This document shows, one piece after another, positions 1 to 13,290 of a DNA stretch of 64,000 bases. The notes under the pieces were generated by a model. That model ran no database searches. It worked only from the letters and a program-made list of their open reading frames with translations, and was not told the DNA's origin. The stretch is from NCBI GenBank assembly GCA_030390025.1, contig CM059432.1, positions 99,574,001 to 99,638,000 of the forward strand. Direction: 5' to 3'. This DNA comes from Squalus acanthias. Taxonomy: Eukaryota. Both the position numbers and the translations under genes were made by a program. Positions within the stretch are counted from its first letter, which is position 1. Each line of letters begins with the position of its first letter.

Positions 1-1079
1 GAACATCAGATGCCATATCAGTCACTCATGCAATCTAAATGAGAGGGTTACAAATCTATTCTGTCACCAGCTTGCTCTACTGAGCCCATCTGACCGTCCC
101 CCACTTCCAGCTCCTCCGCACCTCTGACGATCTCGATAGCTGCCTCCTCAGCGGTGGTTAATTGCGCCATGGAAGGTGGCCCTCCTCCTGTCCTGCCCTC
201 TCCCTCTTATTGTGGGCTCTCTTTTCCTGCAATGAGGGAGACAAGTGGAGTTTGAGCGAGAATGTTGGACTGAGTTTTGAGAATCCATAGCATAAATGCT
301 TAGAGGGAGATAAAGATGGAGTGAGGTGCCAATACCAAGGGCCCTCCCTGTGCGTTGTCAGTTGTTGTCATTGCATAACAGTGATAGCGAGTGTGAGGGG
401 TGCATAGTAGAATGGTGGAGTGATTCTGTACATAGAGAGAGAGGGATGGCTAAGGGTGCAAGGAATGTAAGGGTAAGTTGGGATGTGCAGGAGTAGGTTG
501 ACAATGCAGAATGCTGGTGATGAAAGGAGATGGGGAGCAGATTGAAGGTAAGTGTGATGTTATACTCACTTTTGCTGAGTGTAGCAGATCATTGAACCTT
601 TTGTGGCACTGAACCCAGGTGCAACCACACAAAGACCTGGCGCTCACCTCCTCAGCAATTTGTAGCCAGGCTGCCTTGGTTTGCTGAGGAGGCTTCCTAC
701 ATCCATTGGAGGGAAACAGAACGTCCTTGCGCCCTCTCACTCCCTCCACAAGAGCCTGGAGGGAGTTCATCATCAAATCGGGGAGAAGCCTTGGCTCTTG
801 AAGCAGTCAGCTCGCTATCAGGAATACTGAGAAGCAGCAGAATTTGAATGAAATACCAAAACTGCATGGGCCCCTTAAATGCAGATGAATCGAAGATGTC
901 AGCAGAGGCGAGCAGCAGACCCGAACCCACTGATTGGGCCGGGTAACGCGCACAGCGGGCTTAATAAACCCAGTTAAGTCAAAATTGTTATTTCAGCGTG
1001 GCTGAAACCGGCAGCAGGACCAGAACACACCTAGCAGCCAACCCGATGCGAACCCGCCTTCGATGGCAAAATCGCGGCC
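1..1079 (-). mobile_element. PIF/Harbinger-type DNA transposon, partial (runs off window start), carrying a decayed spliced Myb/SANT-like gene
   Basis: TIR-like end AAAATCGCGGCC at 1068-1079 followed by TAA. The minus-strand Myb/SANT exon closely resembles the one at 46489-46728. Confidence 0.7.
68..800 (-). pseudogene. Harbinger Myb/SANT-like DNA-binding protein, two exons (~800-570 and 226-~68)
   Basis: Translates as ...KAAWLQIAEEVSARS...WVQCHKRFNDLLHSAK. GTGAGT donor at 569 and TTGCAG acceptor at 227 give a phase-0 join to EKRAHNKRER. Frameshifted. Confidence 0.75.
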
Positions 1080-1199
1080 TAAAGACCCAAGCTGATTCTT
1101 ATTTTAGGGAAGCTAGTGTCCCTGAGGGACCAGCTTCCAGTAGCCTTACAGTTGCAGTTGAAAGGGTTTTCCAAGCCTATATCTGAAGCAGCCACATAA

Positions 1200-1800
1200 A
1201 TACTGTGGCTACAAGGGCAGGTCAGTGGCTGGGTATTCTGCGACGAGTGTCTCACCTCCTGACTCCCCAAAGCCTTTCCACCATCTACAAGGCACAAGTA
1301 CGGAGTGTGATGGAATACTCTCCTCTTGCCTGGATGACTGCAGCTCCAACAACACTCAAGAAGCTCGATACCATCCAGGACAAGGCAGCCTGCTTGATTG
1401 GCACCCATCCACCACATTAAACATTCACTCGCTCCACCACCAGCGTACCGTGGCTGCAGTGTTTACCATCTACAAGATGCACCACAGCAACCTGCCAGGG
1501 CTTCTTTGACAGCACCTCCCAAACCCCCGACCTCTACCACCTAGAGCGACCAGGGCAGCAGGCACTTGGGAACACCAACACCTGTAAGTTCCCCTCCAAG
1601 TCACGCACCATCCTGACTTGGAAATACATCGCCATTCCTTCATCGTCTCTGGGTCAAAATCCTGGAACTCCCTCACCTAACCACACTGTGGGAGTACCTT
1701 CACCACACGGACTGCAGCGGTTCAAGGCGGCGGCTCACCACCACTTTATCAAGGGCAATTAGGGATGGGCAATAAATGCTGGTCTTGCCAGTGGTGCCCA
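1200..1800 (+). mobile_element. 3' fragment of a non-LTR retrotransposon (L2/CR1 group), RT C-terminus plus 3' UTR
   Basis: Peptide RAGQWLGILRRVSHLLTPQSLSTIYKAQVRSVMEYSPLAW...LDTIQDKAACLI is typical of the post-RT region. Stops and frameshifts present; AATAAA near the end. Confidence 0.8.
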
Positions 1801-3265
1801 CTGCATTGCAAATGAGGGCCCTGTGAGGAAAGTGCAGTGGTTTGCAGCGGAGTCACTTAGGCGGACATTACTCCCCTTCCCCAACAAATAACTTGCCAAC
1901 ACAAGGAGAATCCAGCCCGTTGAGTCTAGAGGTGACAAGAGCAAGCGTTTTGGTGGTAATTCTTGTTGCTGTTTTGTTGGAATCCTATGATATTGACCTT
2001 CACAATGTACACTTCCTGACTATCCCTGCTTTATTTTATGAAAGATAATTTCTTATTCCTCCCTTATTTTTAGTGGGAATGTATTTTTTTGACAAGCTGT
2101 CATGATTTTATTGCTTAAACATTATTTTGAGCTGACAGTAATAGCAGATATGTGGGCAGAATGAGCTATTCAACCAACCCAGAATTGATGTCCTCTAAAT
2201 TTTGTAACCGTTTTACATGGGTGACTCCATTGCTTCCATCACCTGCAGTTTTCCTGATGTCTGTTCTGCAGTTACCAATGATCTACCACCAGTATTTAGT
2301 CTCTAATGTTAATAAAGCTCACATTAACACATCAGGCTTCCTAGCTAAGCATGTATCAACAAGATCTTTACTCTTGTAGCCTGTTTCTCCTTTGTTTTGT
2401 TGCCACTTACTCTCGTGCAGTAGAAACAGACCACTAACTAAAAAGATCAATAACCCCAGTGTGAGAAGATAAGAACTGATACAAATTAAACCTATTCTTC
2501 CTGTTTGTTTACCTAATATAAGCAGTGTGTAGTGATTTGTTCAATCTGACATATGAAATAGGTTTTAAACCCTTCAAAGCATTTCTTCTGCTTACAATTT
2601 TCTTTCTTTACACCTTGTCTCCTGGAAACAGTGCGTCTTGCTGGTGTTCGATTTCAGGATTCAAATTTGACAAAAAATAAACTGTTTTTACATCTTCCAC
2701 TCATGTGAAATAAAAGTACTAAAAAGAAAACTAGATTTGGATGGGCTGCTAGCACAGCTGCCTGACTGGAAAAGCCAGTCAAGAGATCTCCTTGCAGAGA
2801 CAACAGAGCCGAAGCATCAGGTGCGAGAGGAGCAAAATGCTCACTTTACACCTCAGCTGTCAGGCATAGGAGCAAGTCCCATAGCCTGCCAAATGTGAAC
2901 TAGTTTTCAATCTGTTATATATCTTGCTGCTAGTGGAGTGTCGATGAAGGGAAAGAAAAAAAGTGTCTAACTCATCTGCCTTCAGGCAAAATTATGGCCT
3001 CGAAATTTGTGGACTTACTTAAGGCCCATTTCTTGAAAAAAAATGGCGGCTGCCTCACTTCCATCCACCTCTGGCACAATTTTGCTGATGGCCATAACGC
3101 TGCTGTTAGCAAACGCTCTGCAAACTTCGACCGTTGCGCTGACTTTAATGCTGGATCCTAAAAGCGAGCGTGCAGCTGACTTACAGAGACGCTGTCAGTG
3201 CTAATTAAAGGGACACACATGTCTTTCAGGTAAGTTTGGATTTAAGCTTTTGGACTGGATTTTTT

Positions 3266-4007
3266 GGGGGAGAAATTCAGTATCGCCCCGTTTGGGGCGG
3301 TAAATTTTGAAAGCTGGAAAAATTAGCGCCAGACACTAATCATTCTCAGCTTTCGGTAAATTCAGTGTTAGCGCTCCAGGACATAAAGCGCTATATCAAG
3401 CGCTACCACTTCCCTTCTGGAGCACTAAACCAAGCAGGGGGTACGGTAGAGGTGCAGCACTGCACAATGACCACTGCAGCATTGCCGGGATCTGAGGGCT
3501 CCTTCACTCCCTTAAAGGGAAGGGCCATTGCTGCAGGCTCTGCATTTGAACGATCTCCCTCGTCGCTAACGGCAGCCGGGATCCACGACAATCAGCCCCA
3601 AGCACTCTAACAGAGTGCAGCGCTGATCAATCAGGCCATTTAAAAATTTTCAAAATGCACCCCAGTGGAAACACATTTCCACTGAAGACCAGCGGCCTTA
3701 CCTTTAATTAGCACCCTCGAAGCGCCCGGCCTCCCGAACAACGCCTCCAGCAGCTGTCAGTGTTATCGGCCAGTGATGCTGCAGGGGGCGGAAACGAATT
3801 TCGGGTCCGGGGTGCTACGCAGCCGGATGACGTCATGATCTCCGGGCACAGAAAGGCGTGGTGCTAGGGGTTACCTCTGCCGCAAACCACCAGGTAAATT
3901 TTGTGGGCGTCGGTACTATCGCCGCACCCGGGCGGTAAGTCATTAGTGCCCCATTATCGCCCCCGGAGGCACTAACAGGAGGCACAAAGGAGGCAAATTT
4001 CTAGCCC
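3266..4007. mobile_element. Harbinger-type MITE nested in 2996-5792
   Basis: TIRs GGGGGAGAAATT / AATTTCTAGCCC and TSD TTT on both sides. GC/CpG-rich interior. Confidence 0.75.
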
Positions 4008-4125
4008 TTTATATTTTACTGAAGTAGTGGCTTGGTGCAATAAATGTTAAATGTTTTTAAAATGTGCAGGGAGTGCTGCTGGACCCATGCAAGCTCTCGG
4101 ATGGTAACAGAAGGCCTCTGCAAAG

Positions 4126-4268
4126 ACAGAAAATGTGGCAAATACTCAGCAGGTCAGGCAGCATCTGTGGAGAGAGAAACAGAGTTCATGTCTCAGGTCG
4201 AGACACTGCCTGACTTGCTGAGTATTTCCAGCATTTTCTGCTTTTATTTCAGATCTCCAGCATCCGCT
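4126..4268. mobile_element. Short palindromic Penelope-like-element-derived repeat
   Basis: CAGAAAATG..AAATACTCAGCAGGTCAGGCAG is followed by its reverse complement CTGCCTGACTTGCTGAGTATTTCCAGCATTTTCTG. Same family as 6391-6481 and 47248-47372. Confidence 0.7.
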
Positions 4269-6390
4269 CATAGAGGGAAGAGGAAGACGCAGAAGAGGAA
4301 GACGCAGAAGGAAGGATGCAAACCAGACATCCTCTTTCTGGCCAAAATATCCCAATTCCCCTTTCAACATTTGTCCCACACCTTACCTTCCCTCTGTTAC
4401 TGACCATCGCAGCGTCCTCTTGGCCACAATACTGAAATAAAAGCCACCACAAAGCAAACTATCCAATCCAACTTTATACATCTATCCTTCCAATAAGACA
4501 TCAAGAAATCAACTGCATTCCCTTAGTGACTGTCTTGTGTGTCCCATTGCCTATCCTATTGATGTAACACAGTGCTACCCCAGTGGCTGCAGCATGGCTG
4601 GTGGAAGGCTGCTGACTTTCAGTGGGGGACACTGCAAATGGCCTTGCAGGATGACCTCGAGGAGCTGGTGGCTGGGAGTGTCAAATCGAGTGGCAGCATT
4701 TCTTCTTCTTTGTGTTGTTGTTCTTCTTCTTCTCCTCTCTCCTCTCCCTCTTCTTGGCCAACTATTGGCTGAGCAAGCTGCATATCTTGGGTGTGCGAAA
4801 TGAGGAAGGCACAAGGGTAGAATTGTAGTGAGGGGAGGGTGGGAAAGCAAGAGGTGCGTGCCAGAAGGAGGATAACATATGAGGATACCAGCATCTTGTA
4901 TCCTTTCAGCCCTGACGCTGGCCATGGGCTCAGCCATGCCACTGCCAAGAATAGCCAGCACGATCTCCTCCAAGGGGTTGAGGTAAAGCTAGGAATGGGA
5001 GGTGTGCCTCGTGTTTGGTACAGATTGTTGGTATGTGAGTGATGGGGGTGGGGGTCGTGCAATGAGCAGTGTGTGAGGCTAGTGGTGCAGTTGGTAGGAG
5101 AGGGTTTTGGATGATGCATTTGCTGACCTTGATTACTGGTCTGAGGTCATGAGGCAGCTTTGGGTACTGGAGCCAGGTCGTGGGGGTAACACTGCTGGCA
5201 GTGACGGCCTTGGTGATCTGGTCCCACATCCTGCTTTCTGGAGGGCCTCCTGGCCCATGTGGGTAGAGGACCTCTCTTGCAGTGTTGACCCTCTGCACAA
5301 AGCTGGAGTTCTGTGTGTGAGACCCTGGGTGCCCCTTCCCTGGCTTGTTCAGCCATCTGTGTTAGTGCTGAAGCACTTTTACCATTTTTTTAGGTGCGGA
5401 AGGCAATTCAGCTTTAAGAGCTGAAGACTGCCATTTGCAAATTATTTTTAATTTTTTTCAGAAGGCAGTTGAGCTGTAAGAGCTAAAAACCGCCTATTTT
5501 TACATGATTTTTACTTTTTTTCATTTTAGAAGGCAGGTCCCCCTTAAGTGACCGACACTTCTTCCTAAAATGTCAAGCTAGCTTTAAGATAACGCTGTTC
5601 TTGCTCCAGGGATGCTACGGCCACGTTACATTGTGCATCCTGCTGAGGGTAGCACCAGTAAAAGAGGTAAGTATAGCGCTGTGCTAATTGAAATTAACAG
5701 GTAGCACCAAAATACTGGTGCTGCCTGTGCTATGAATTCGGGTGGCCGTTAACTGCGGCCTGTGCTGCTTGACATATTGGAATTTCTAGGCCTATGTCTC
5801 TTACTAGTTGAGCCACGAAATAAACATTAGCTTCATAGCTGCAGAAAGGATTAATTATGCCAACTCCTATCCCAAGATAAAAGGCTGTGAACAAATAGGT
5901 TTAAAAAAAACGGACAATTTAATGATAAGGTTAACTGAATGAAAAATATATTCAGATTAATTGAATAAAACACCATCTCTGTCACCCTAAAGAGTCTGAT
6001 GCAATAGTTTGATATTTGAAAGTTGTTTAAATTGAACATTTACAGCATAAATTCACAATGAGGTATTCTCACTAGTCACATCAGCACACAATTTGTGATG
6101 CATGTAATTATTCCTTTTTTTGTGTTGTAGGTTTAACTACTTATCTCATGACTAACTGAGAGCAAGTTATTTCACAGTAAAATTCAATTATTTCAAATCT
6201 TCACTCAGATTTTTTGTACAATACTAGATTTCCTGTGTCCTTTCTCATAATAAGCCAGAGGTTATGGTGCTGCAAAGAGGAAAGCGTGATAACAAGTGAG
6301 GAACAGGAAAGAAACATCATCATTGGAGGGATTTGGAAAGCAGTTTGTGGGAGATATGCTCAGAGACAAAGTAAGTGGTTTTTGAAACAA

Positions 6391-6481
6391 CAACAGAAAA
6401 CGCTGGAAAAACTCAGCAGGCCAGGCAACATCCGTGGAGAGAGAAACAGAGTTAACCTTTCAGGTCGAAACCCTTCGTCAG
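6391..6481 (-). mobile_element. Penelope-like terminal fragment with hammerhead-like core
   Basis: Minus strand reads CTGACGA-A-GGGT-TTCG-ACCT-GAAA. The remainder matches the 4126-4268 family. Confidence 0.6.
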
Positions 6482-9351
6482 TAGTTTTTGATTTGTTTCT
6501 GAAAAATAAATTAATTAGTAATGATTCGAAAAGGAGTGCGTTTGAAGAAAATGCGTGTTGGGAATTTGCGGACACCTAGTCCGAGATTTTCTATCAATTA
6601 ATTTTAATGGATGAGTACTCAAGGTTTGATCGCCCGTGATTTCCAAAGATGCACTCATGTGAGCACCGCTGGGAGTGCTGGCTCATGGATTTATGCTTAT
6701 AATGTTTTCCTTACTGTAGATAAATAGATAACTATGTTTTCTTCACAGTGAGATAAATAAGTAAATCTCTGCAATTGGGGAACAGCTCTTTACATAGGAC
6801 ATCAAATAGGCTGACTGGGGGTATATTTAAACTAGGGGGTGGCCAAATGGCGGAGTGCACAGTCCACCCGCCCGTTCCTGCCGGCAGGAGGCATGAGCCA
6901 TTTCATAGGGCTGGGATTCATTTCCACGCCACCGTGAGCAGCACATCCTGAACTCACTGCAGGCTGCTGGGTTTTGGTGACTCAGATACGGCGCCGGCCC
7001 ACAGCTAAGTCCTGGGAGGCGTGCAAGCCCAGGCTGGCAGCAGCCCTCAGTACTTCTGTGCAGCCAGGGGGAGCAGTATTGCTCTAATTTGCTCCAGATT
7101 AATACCAACTCAAAAAAGTTTTTGGAGCGGCCAGCAGCAGTCCCTTTAAGGACAAATATGTCGGCTGCTCAATGCTGGGTTAAATGAAGCCGCCTGTATG
7201 TGGAGCAGGCCACCCATGTGTCCTTTAAAATTGCAATGGGGTCCTAACTACATCTTAGGACCCTGATTTGCATAGTAAAGAGCCCTCGCAGGCTCTCCAG
7301 TGCTGATGGGAAAACATCTTTAAAAATGGGCAATAATAAGACGGTAAGTCCACAAACTTCATTTTGAGGCCATTTTGAGAGTTATATTAATGCATAATTC
7401 AGCTCTTGGAACTTTATTTTTCCAGAGGATTATCTCCTGCAGCTCAATATTCACTAAACTTTAATTATTTAATTGTGGTTATTATGTTGCCGAATGCAGC
7501 AGACGTCTGTGGGACTGGACTATGCAAACGAATTATTAAAGAGTTAGTTTTATTCATAGTGCCGCCAGGCGTCACCTACAATTCATTTACATCAAAGGTT
7601 GTTGATAAGCTCTGTCGACACCTGATTTGTTTGATCTTTGAGCTCATGACATATAAGGATCCCCAGGGGAAATGCTTTATTAGTTCAGACTGTTGAAAGG
7701 CTCCGTTAACTAAACTGTACAATTAAATGAAAACCTTGTTCAAATTCAACATAGCTGTCACACTGTATTACATTGTATCAGAAGATTTCTTCCGACTCAT
7801 GCACCTGACAACATATTTCATAATTGGATTAAAAAATACACCATAAGCTGAAACCTGATTTATTTATATTGCTTGCTAAGGGTACAATTTTTTAAAAATC
7901 CTGTAATCACATATTTTGCTACTGTTGCAATGCCTCTTAATCATGTTATATTCAATGTTAACGGCAATGACTACATAATGTGCACATACACTCTGAATGT
8001 GGGATACAATGACTAATTACTGAATTTTTTTTAATGAATTACATGACAAAATTTATACTATGTTTCTGTTGTATAAACCAATGCCATGAAAATCGTCTAC
8101 CATGGATAAGATTTATACATTTATATTCTGTTTCCTCATGGTCTCAGTGTGACACACCACAAGTACGCTGCAAGACAACAGACTATACTCCTCTCAACTG
8201 CACCAGCTACTAAGTGGTCAACGCCACACTCTCCACCACACTGGTCACCCAAAATGTGGCAAATTGCCACAGGCGCCCACCAAATGTTTTAAAATGGGAT
8301 GACCCCACCTTGACCCCAGAACTCTGGCAGGATCAAGAGTGCAGGTCAGCTACATCAGCTCTGCTACACTTATGCCGGCACAGTGGGCCCAAGAATTTCC
8401 AGCATCAATCATGTCAGCTTGGCTCAAAGAATAAAAAAGCAGATCATGTGACTGATCAATCTAGAAAATATTACATCTACACCTAAAAAGTTAGACAGCA
8501 ACCATATTAAAGGATTATCTATGTATAAACCAGCATGAAAAACTTAAAAAAAAATACCTAATGTAAAAAAAATATCTAATGTACAAGTCAATCATGGCAG
8601 GTTTGTTACTTAATTGGATCAGGATTCATAATGCAATAAACCAGTGCGTTATGCTGTCGGAAAGTTCTCCTATTTCAATCAATGAAGTCACCTGCGATTC
8701 AAATCGCTGCACCAATGTGATCTAAGATTAATAAATGACATTTGGATAATAAAATCAGGGATACAAACTGTACACTGTAACAAAGTATTTGCTTTCAGAA
8801 AAATGCACAATGCAACATGCTGTGCACGTATGATTTGGTAATATTTTACAGAATGCCTTAAAAATATCATTTTGGTGTGAAGACCCCTAATATTTAATTT
8901 TTTTTTATAAATGGCTTTCCTCATGCTGACTTTTTTCCACTAACATAAATTGACATCTGGTCCAAACGTGATTGCAAACATCAATACAGTATGCCACATA
9001 AATGTTAACAATTTTCTATGCAGCTGAAGTTAATTGTATCCTTCACAATAATTAATTTAATTGATGTTTTACTCTACCAACAAGCAGCTCTAACCACCAT
9101 GCAAATAAAACATAAAGCACAGACTACCATTTTCTGCACATCCGTATATTGCTATTAAAATCACTGCCAGATGAAAAAACTCTCCTTCAGTGTGTCGCAT
9201 TAACAATGATAAGAATGTTAATCATATAATATCAGTAATAATGCCAAATGTGCTAATAGGACAGAAATACAAAAGAATCTTAAAGTGTGAAGGGAAAGAA
9301 ACAAATCGGACTGGAAAGAGGCAAAATAATATTTTCACTTGTACACTGATT

Positions 9352-9967
9352 GGCCCTGAATTTGTGGTCTGTATGACGGCGTATTCCCAGAGTATGCCAT
9401 CATACCGCCTTTGAAACTGACCACAACTTTGGGATTTGGCTCATGCACAGGCGCATGCAAAAATTCCAAAGATGCGGTCTGTCAATGTAATTGGGGTTTT
9501 AACAGCATATCAACTGCTAAACAAATGTTGAGGGCCTGGAAAACTAATTTTAATTTTGTGCAGTGTGAAATTTGTCCATTTTAATACAAATTAAAATTTA
9601 AGAAACTTAAAAAATATATATTTTTTAAGTTTTTGTATCTTTATTTTAGGTTTGCCTTTTCCCCATGTGAGAACCCCAATCTTTCTTTTGCTCTCTCTAA
9701 CTATTTTAAAAAAATTAGAATTTTAAGGACTTACCCACTTCCTTGTTTGCTGGCTGTGAGAATTCTGCCCTTTGATTGGCTGCTTAGACAACCTGTTGAC
9801 AGCACAGCACTTCGCACAAGGGGATCCCCATTAAATTCCATTGAATTGAATTCAAGGTCGGAAAACCCAAAGTTTTCGACACCGGGATTGCGAGATCCCT
9901 GTGCGGAGCGTATTTCAGGGCCAGCAGCGAACGCCTTCGCTTCACTGCTGGTTGCAAGTTCCAGGCC
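9352..9967. mobile_element. Harbinger-type MITE
   Basis: Imperfect TIRs GGCCCTGAATTTG / CAAGTTCCAGGCC and TSD ATT on both sides. Confidence 0.6.
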
Positions 9968-10438
9968 ATTGTTAAAATTTGGACCAATGTTCCTTAATGG
10001 AGATTAAATGAATATACAGTAACATGTCACACTTACAATGTTGTTCCATATATGGGTGAATAAGCTGACAGCAGGCATTCAATGGATGACAAACCCCTGG
10101 AAAATTGGGCATAGAGCCCTGAGGCCTAAACTGTGCCTACAGCACTCAGTACATCCAATATGAGTGACGGGCACAAAGGAGGCTGGGAGCTTTCACACAA
10201 GCTGTGCACTAAGCTCCATAACTGTCAACTTTAATACAGATGAGGCAGCCACCCCATAATTTGGCTGGAGGATCTGAACAGTGCTCCAGCATCACAGTGC
10301 CTGTTTGGAACTGGCCCTGAAGGAAATGCTGCAATTCAAATAAAAAAGAAATGAGCATTCCTGCCCTTTTCCCTTCTATCCCTGCTGCTTTTCCCAGTGC
10401 TTCAGTGCCACCCTACCCTTCATGCCTGAAAAGTGCAT

Positions 10439-10688
10439 AAAATTGAGAGGTCGCACAACACCAGGTTATAGTCCAACAGTTTTATTTGAAATCACAAGCT
10501 TTCGGAGCTATCGATTTGCTCCTTCCTCAGGTGAAGTAAATTAGATACAGGTTTACTTCACCTGAGGAAGGAGCAAATCGATAGCTCCGAAAGCTTGTGA
10601 TTTCAAATAAAACTGTTGGACTATAACCTGGTGTTGTACGACCTCTCAATTTTGTCCACCCCAGTCCAACACCGGCATCTCCGCATCA
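10439..10688. mobile_element. 250-bp Penelope-like insertion built from a 102-bp inverted repeat, with 12-bp TSD
   Basis: Arms 10439-10540 and 10552-10653 have one mismatch. TSD TGAAAAGTGCAT at 10427-10438 and 10689-10700. The arm matches 47571-47658, downstream of a GIY-YIG fragment. Confidence 0.85.
10558..10600 (+). ncRNA. Minimal hammerhead ribozyme motif (Penelope type); mirror copy on the minus strand at 10492-10534
   Basis: TCAC-CTGAGGA-A-GGAGC(loop)GCTCC-GAAA-GC-TT-GTGA: conserved core, stem II, palindromic stem III and stem I (TCAC/GTGA). Confidence 0.65.
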
Positions 10689-10914
10689 TGAAAAGTGCAT
10701 GGCATACAATGAGCAACAGCAGCCCTTCACAACTGTTGCCTCCCAATAATATGGCTCATGTCCTCCCTGCACATTAGAGATGTGGCAGGTCAGGTAACAA
10801 ACAGGCGGTGCAGTATGCCTGCTTCATTATTGACCCATTAGTGACCAATTCCTGCTCCATAGTGAATGCAAGACTTTGGTGTAACAAACTCAATATATAA
10901 TTGATACAAATATT

Positions 10915-12223
10915 CCTGGAAAAATAATGGCTGTTAATGATGCATGCTATTACTAATGCACAAATCGGCCAGCAAGTTCAGGGGATGAAGAGATATGTCG
11001 TGAGTTGCAAATCTCCAGAACTTGCTGTTCGATTTACACCGTTCCACCATTTGCCTCACACAAACGTCATCTCGCCAATAAGCCTCCCCGTTATTTTTAA
11101 GAACTTAAGAACATAAGAAATAGGAGCAGGAGTAGGCCATTCGGCCCTTCGAGCCTGCTCCGCCATTCAATAATATTATGGCTGATCTTCTACGTCAACT
11201 GCACCTTCCCACACTATCCCTATATTCCTTGATTCCCTTAATATCCAAAAATCTATTGATCTCCATCTTGAATATACTCAACAAATGAGCACCCACAGCC
11301 CTCTGGGGTAGAGAATTCCAAAGATTCACACCCTTTGAAGAAATTTCTCCTCATCTCAGTCCTAAATGGCCAACCCCTTATTCTGAGACTGTGACCCCAG
11401 GTTCTAGACTCCCCAGCCAGAGGAAACATCCTCCCAGCATCTACCCTGTCAAGTCCTGTAAGAAATTGATATGTTTCTATGAGATCACCCCTCATTCTTA
11501 TAAATTCTGGGGAATATAGGCCTACTCCTCTCAATCTCTCCTCATTGGACAATCCCCCCATTCCAGGAATTAGTCTGGTGAACCTTCGTTGCACTCCCTC
11601 GAAGGCAATTATATCCTTCCTTAGGTAAGGAGACCAAAACGGTACACAGTACTGCAGGTGCAAATATTGCTGGATTTGCACATTAATTGCCCATTAAACT
11701 TATTGCAGAAAATTAGGCTAGAACTAAACAGTGTAAGTAGATTTTTAATGACATGGTAATTGTTAATGCAATGCCAATTAACCTCTCTGTCCCAGAAAGG
11801 GAACAATTTAAACTGTTCAATCTCATTCCTGCATGTAGTAAATTGTTGTTAGAGACTCTAAAAATGCCAAATTTTATTTATTTTCTTACTTTTCCTTTCT
11901 GTCTCTTTTTTTGCTTTCTCTTAAACCAATCTTTCTTTCCATCTCTTTATTTCTCTTTCTGTTCCTGATTTGACACTAATCCACCTTCCTTTTCCATTGT
12001 TTGTCTGTTTCTTTCTCAATCCTTAAATCTCATTGGTTAAGGAGATACACTGTTGGTCCCGTTGTTAACTAAGGTACCAGATGCCCCATTGTCCTCGACG
12101 TGCCATTATCAGCTCGCACTTCCAGCAAGTTGCAGCGCAAAAGAAATTTGAATAAGTAATGTACAGGAAAATCTAAATAACGGTGTATGCTGCAAGATTC
12201 CCCACTCCAGCAAGTTCAAGCCC
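10915..12223. mobile_element. Old MITE-like DNA element interrupted by a CR1 fragment
   Basis: Right end CAAGTTCAAGCCC followed by ATT. The interior resembles 9352-9967 and 42121-42874. Left end uncertain. Confidence 0.4.
11104..11660 (-). mobile_element. CR1 LINE 3' fragment
   Basis: Peptide HLQYCVPFWSPYLRKDI...VQRRFTRLIPGM, CR1 3' UTR and (TTCTTATG)-type tail. Confidence 0.92.
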
Positions 12224-12973
12224 ATTATTACTGTGACATTTACTTATTTTGCCTTGAAGGTATTTTGATTGAATCTATATTATGTTATTAATCGGAAATT
12301 AGATTCAGCTTATAAGTGGTTAATTCAAGAGTTGCAAAATTTTCAGACTTAATATTGAAATTAAAGTAGATACTTGATAATGGATAGTGGGAATATTAAT
12401 ATGCTATCTCGAGGGGAAATGAGATAGCCATTAAAGCTTTATAATTTCACATGTCACATTAGTTTTGAAGTCATTGAGCACATTCTGGAGCAATCTGCAC
12501 CCTGATGTTAAAAGAGGTTTTCATTCAATATGTCCCAGCAGGGGGACTCAGCTGCTGGTGAGGAATACCTGTACTGCCCGCTTCCTCGCCAAGGGTAGGT
12601 TTCATTTAAGGTCATAACTTTGATTGGTAGCTCAGTCGCCCAATGCTTGCCGCATAAAGGAGAGGTCACAGGCCATCCTTTGTCATTTTCTCACTTTCTT
12701 CCTCTCTCTCTCTCTACTCTCACTCACTCGAGAAGTTAGTTTAGGCCAGTTTGAGTATGGAACAATAAAAGACACAGATATAGATAACTGTTTTGGTAGC
12801 CAAATGGAGGCTGATATGAACACATATGACCTATAAAAGAAAAGATTAGTTTTATTTAATTAAGGGATTGTTATTTTTAAGTTAATTTAGCTCTATATAT
12901 CATACTTGAAAATTGTGCTCTGTTCATTCATCTATGTCATGTAAAATTAACTATTTTGTTAGCCTGACATCAT

Positions 12974-13182
12974 TAAGAACATAAGAAAAAGGAGCACGAA
13001 TAGGTCATTTGGCCCTTTGAGCCTGCTTCACCATTCAATAACTTCATGGCTGATCTTCCCCACTTCAACTCCACCTTTCAGCACTATCTCCATATCCCTT
13101 GGTTCACTTAGTATCCAAAAATCTATCGATTTCTGTCTTGAATATACTGAACGACTGAGCATCCACAACCCTCTGGGGTAGA
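12974..13182 (-). mobile_element. CR1 LINE extreme 3' fragment
   Basis: Tail and 3' UTR similar to 11104-11310. Confidence 0.85.
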
Positions 13183-13290
13183 GTAGTAGTAGGGAACATA
13201 CTAGAATCTATTATGAGGGACATGGTAACAGGTGCCACACAAGTGGTTGTTATACAGAATTAGGCCTCATGGGATTGGGAGCAATATATT

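Larger units (their letters stand above)
2996..5792 (-). mobile_element. Non-autonomous Harbinger element with decayed Myb/SANT gene (~4540-5390, minus strand)
   Basis: TIRs GGCCTCGAAATT / AATTTCTAGGCC, with TSD TAT at 2993-2995 and 5793-5795. Internal peptide REVLYP...MWDQITKAVTASSVTPTTWLQ, followed by an acidic exon. Confidence 0.8.

Noticed and set aside
2790..2826. Micro-exon (TTGCAG...CAG|GTGCGA)
   Set aside because: Only 23 nt, a poor polypyrimidine tract, and no supporting neighbouring exons.
12974..13290. Twin-priming inversion of a single CR1
   Set aside because: Both orientations have their own 3' end, so two separate elements joined head-to-head is the simpler reading.
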